64,000 nt of DNA from positions 488,916-552,915 of the forward strand of contig CAJFCJ010000020.1 in assembly GCA_904063045.1 (NCBI GenBank). The letters run 5' to 3'. Shown here piece after piece: positions 61,595 to 64,000 of the stretch. The position numbers were made by a program, and so were the translations under genes. The DNA comes from Dimorphilus gyrociliatus (lineage: Eukaryota > Animalia > Annelida). Positions within the stretch are counted from its first letter, which is position 1. Every line of letters starts with the position of its first letter. The notes under the pieces were generated by a model, which was given only the letters and a program-made list of their open reading frames with translations, was not told where the DNA came from and searched no databases.

Positions 61595-62936
61595 TCAATT
61601 AGTAAATTTCCTTAACGATTTCATAACTTTTTCCTACTTGTTTTCTACCCAAATGGAACCATATTCGATAGATCCATGTTAGAGTTAGCCCAACTAGAAC
61701 CTGATATGGATTGCACGTTCCTGCACAAAATGGCTTAGCTTCCGCTCTAACATAAGCACTTACGTATGGACTGAAACCATCCAGTAGTAGAATCTATAAT
61801 AATAAGAGATTATTAGTAGTTGGACAGATTTGATGATAGGGAGAAGGAAAGGAGAGAGAGAAATAGAATGAATAGATAGTACAAACATCTTTTATTTCTA
61901 CATGTTCATCTCTTCCTGCAACATTTTCTTTAAGAATTCGACATCTTTCTTGGAATCTTAACTTTAAATCAGGATTTGAAATGACGTATTTCTTTAAAAA
62001 TTTCATCTGCGTATGAAGAAAATATTGAGTAAACCCAGTTGTTGAAAAATATATGAATAGATATTTACATATTTTATTGTACAATGCCTATAAAACTCAA
62101 TAACGAACTAGATAAACTTATAAGGTACCAAGTATGATTATCTAGTGTTGTTGAGGCTAGTCATAAATAAATAAATAAATGGATAAATTCTTACTCTTGT
62201 TACCATTCCGTCACTGAAAGTCCAAGCTGCAGATGAGTCGCGCCATCTATCAAATGAAAAATATTCGCCCGTTTGACCCGTAACAATCTTCTTGTTTCCT
62301 TGGTAATGGTATAATTGGGCTTTTATATAAATTTTGGGTTTAGTACCCCTTAGTCTATCGGATATTGTCTGTAAGGATGGAGTGACATTTGCTGCAGTTA
62401 ACCATCGATTTGTAGGTGATCTGATGCCCTCGATAACAACAAGGAAATGGCAAACTATTAAAGCGGGAAAAAGAATTGCTTTTGATGCGACAGAATCACC
62501 AAATCCACCAAGAGCAGAACGAATTGCTAAAGCCAATATCGTGTAATATACGCCATGTATCAGAATAGCTATAGTAATTCTCCATGGGGGAATTTCGATG
62601 ACAGCCGCCTATAGCAATATTTTTTATTTAACTTTGACATTTTTACTTATTACGCACCTTCTGTAACTTGTGTACATTAATGTTGACACCTCTGGAAAAT
62701 GAACTTATCTCATACCAAGGCCTTTCTTGTATTGGTTCGTTTGACGTTGAAAGGGGAATTGATGACGATATGGACGGTAAAGCTAAAGGCGTAAAATAGC
62801 GGCTCTCACCAGTTTGGGGAGTCTCAGAATATTCTGGCGGGTCTTCCGGTAAACTTTCGGCTTCTGTCCTTAGAGGATTACGATTGCTTGAAAATATATC
62901 ATCATAAGAGGGCGGAGGTTCGGACGGATGAGCCAT
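61595..62936 (-). CDS. TMEM151: TMEM151-family membrane protein
   Basis: Four exons. Two N-terminal TM helices, PKIYIKAQLYHY...YFSFDRWRDSS, and C-terminal LTWIYR resemble TMEM151 motifs. Confidence 0.7.
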
Positions 62937-63291
62937 ATAATATACTGATGAACGAAATCGTTTGCTTGTCTTATCGAAAAATCAATAATATAATATTTTA
63001 GGCCTATAAATAGCATTTGGCTTAACAGTTAATAGATAAGAGATGTGAATTCATCAGATTTACTGCCTTTAGTTTATTAGTCATTCAATAATTCAATACA
63101 AGAGCACGAGATGGCGTTATTAAAAAGCTGTAATAGCTTTAAATGACAGTTACAGCCTTGAAAGCAGTATATTGTGTTGTAGTCCATATTGTCGAATAGG
63201 AGGAAAATAGCCAATGGTAATCCTCTTCAAATTGTTTTTAGAAAGCAATTGTTAGGTTTAATAAATTAAATTATATATTTGATAGAATAAA

Positions 63292-64000
63292 ATGCAATAT
63301 ATGCTGACTAAGGATGAAGCAGAAAATTTTCTTCATCCGACGCTCTCTATTTCTAAAAGCACATCTCCGTCTTTACAACAAGTTAATAAAATATGTAGAA
63401 GCTTCCAACATGAGATTCCTTTCCAAAATCTAAGTTTTCTCTCAGAGGATAAGCCTCGTAAGTTGCCCACCTTCCAATCCCTAAAGACGGCAATTTATAG
63501 CTTGGAAGGCGGCTTATGTTGGTCAATAAACATTTTCCTCTTATACTTCTTTAAAGCTTTAGGCTGTAAAGCAAAAGGAACTTTAGCCTCTGTTGATAAA
63601 ATTGATGAAGAGGATCATGTGGTGGTTATTCTCGAGAATGTACAAGAAGAAGGGGATGCTTATATAGTCGATTGTGGATTTGGTTATCCTCATTTTTCTA
63701 CCATTAGTTTGCAATTTGAAAAATACTCTGATATTCATTAGCATTCATTTTGCAAATATCGTTATGCAAAAGAAGATGGCTTTATTATTAGGCAGCACTA
63801 TTTCCGAAATGAGTCGCTTTCCGAGACAGTGGAAAACTGGAAAAATGTTTATTATATGAAAGACGATGAAATGACGAAATGGCTTCGAATCTTGCCAAAA
63901 ACTAGTATGAAAATCCCAATAACAATGATCCCCTTGCCAATTCTTTGAGAGTTGTCACTTTTAAAGATAGCAAAGCGATTACTGTTAAAAATGGGAACTT
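63292..64000 (+). pseudogene. Arylamine N-acetyltransferase-like gene, disrupted (runs off the window)
   Basis: IPFQNL, GGLC (Cys), DHVVV (His) and VDCGFG (Asp) triad are intact. In-frame TAG at 63739-63741, a frame change near 63860-63875, and a second TAG at 63903-63905. Confidence 0.75.

Noticed and set aside
63739-63905. Stop-codon reassignment (TAG/TAA as sense) to explain the in-frame stops here and at 4908
   Set aside because: groucho ends in TAG and many genes end in TAA at the expected positions, and a frameshift accompanies the NAT stops.

Overview
AT-rich animal genomic DNA with very short GT-AG introns (mostly about 58-110 nt). The gene content suggests a bilaterian, probably a lophotrochozoan with a compacted genome; a miniaturised annelid such as Dimorphilus would fit, but that is inference only. 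About 15 gene models were built by hand from the ORF track plus splice signals. In order: a coiled-coil/SAH-ZU5-ZU5-UPA-double death domain protein; a roughly 19 kb groucho/TLE locus; an orphan; an SRCR membrane protein; a Cys-less pentameric ligand-gated ion channel; a cAMP-receptor-like GPCR; an SSAT-type acetyltransferase; a coiled-coil protein; an SRPBCC protein; an LRRC74-like/EF-hand protein; a chitobiase-type GH20 hexosaminidase; a second orphan; Bsx; a TMEM151-like gene; and a disrupted arylamine N-acetyltransferase. The groucho locus is the most interesting part. It escapes the intron compaction and holds six copies of an unexplained ~30-bp GC-rich element in both orientations. It also has two splice-phase-incompatible GP-domain exons of exactly 202 nt each, a 20-nt microexon, candidate internal promoters, and 9 of the 14 AGATGGCG (CTCF/YY1-like) sites counted in the window. 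I recognised no rRNA, tRNA, CRISPR array or transposon ORF. All motif counts were made by eye and no database search was run.
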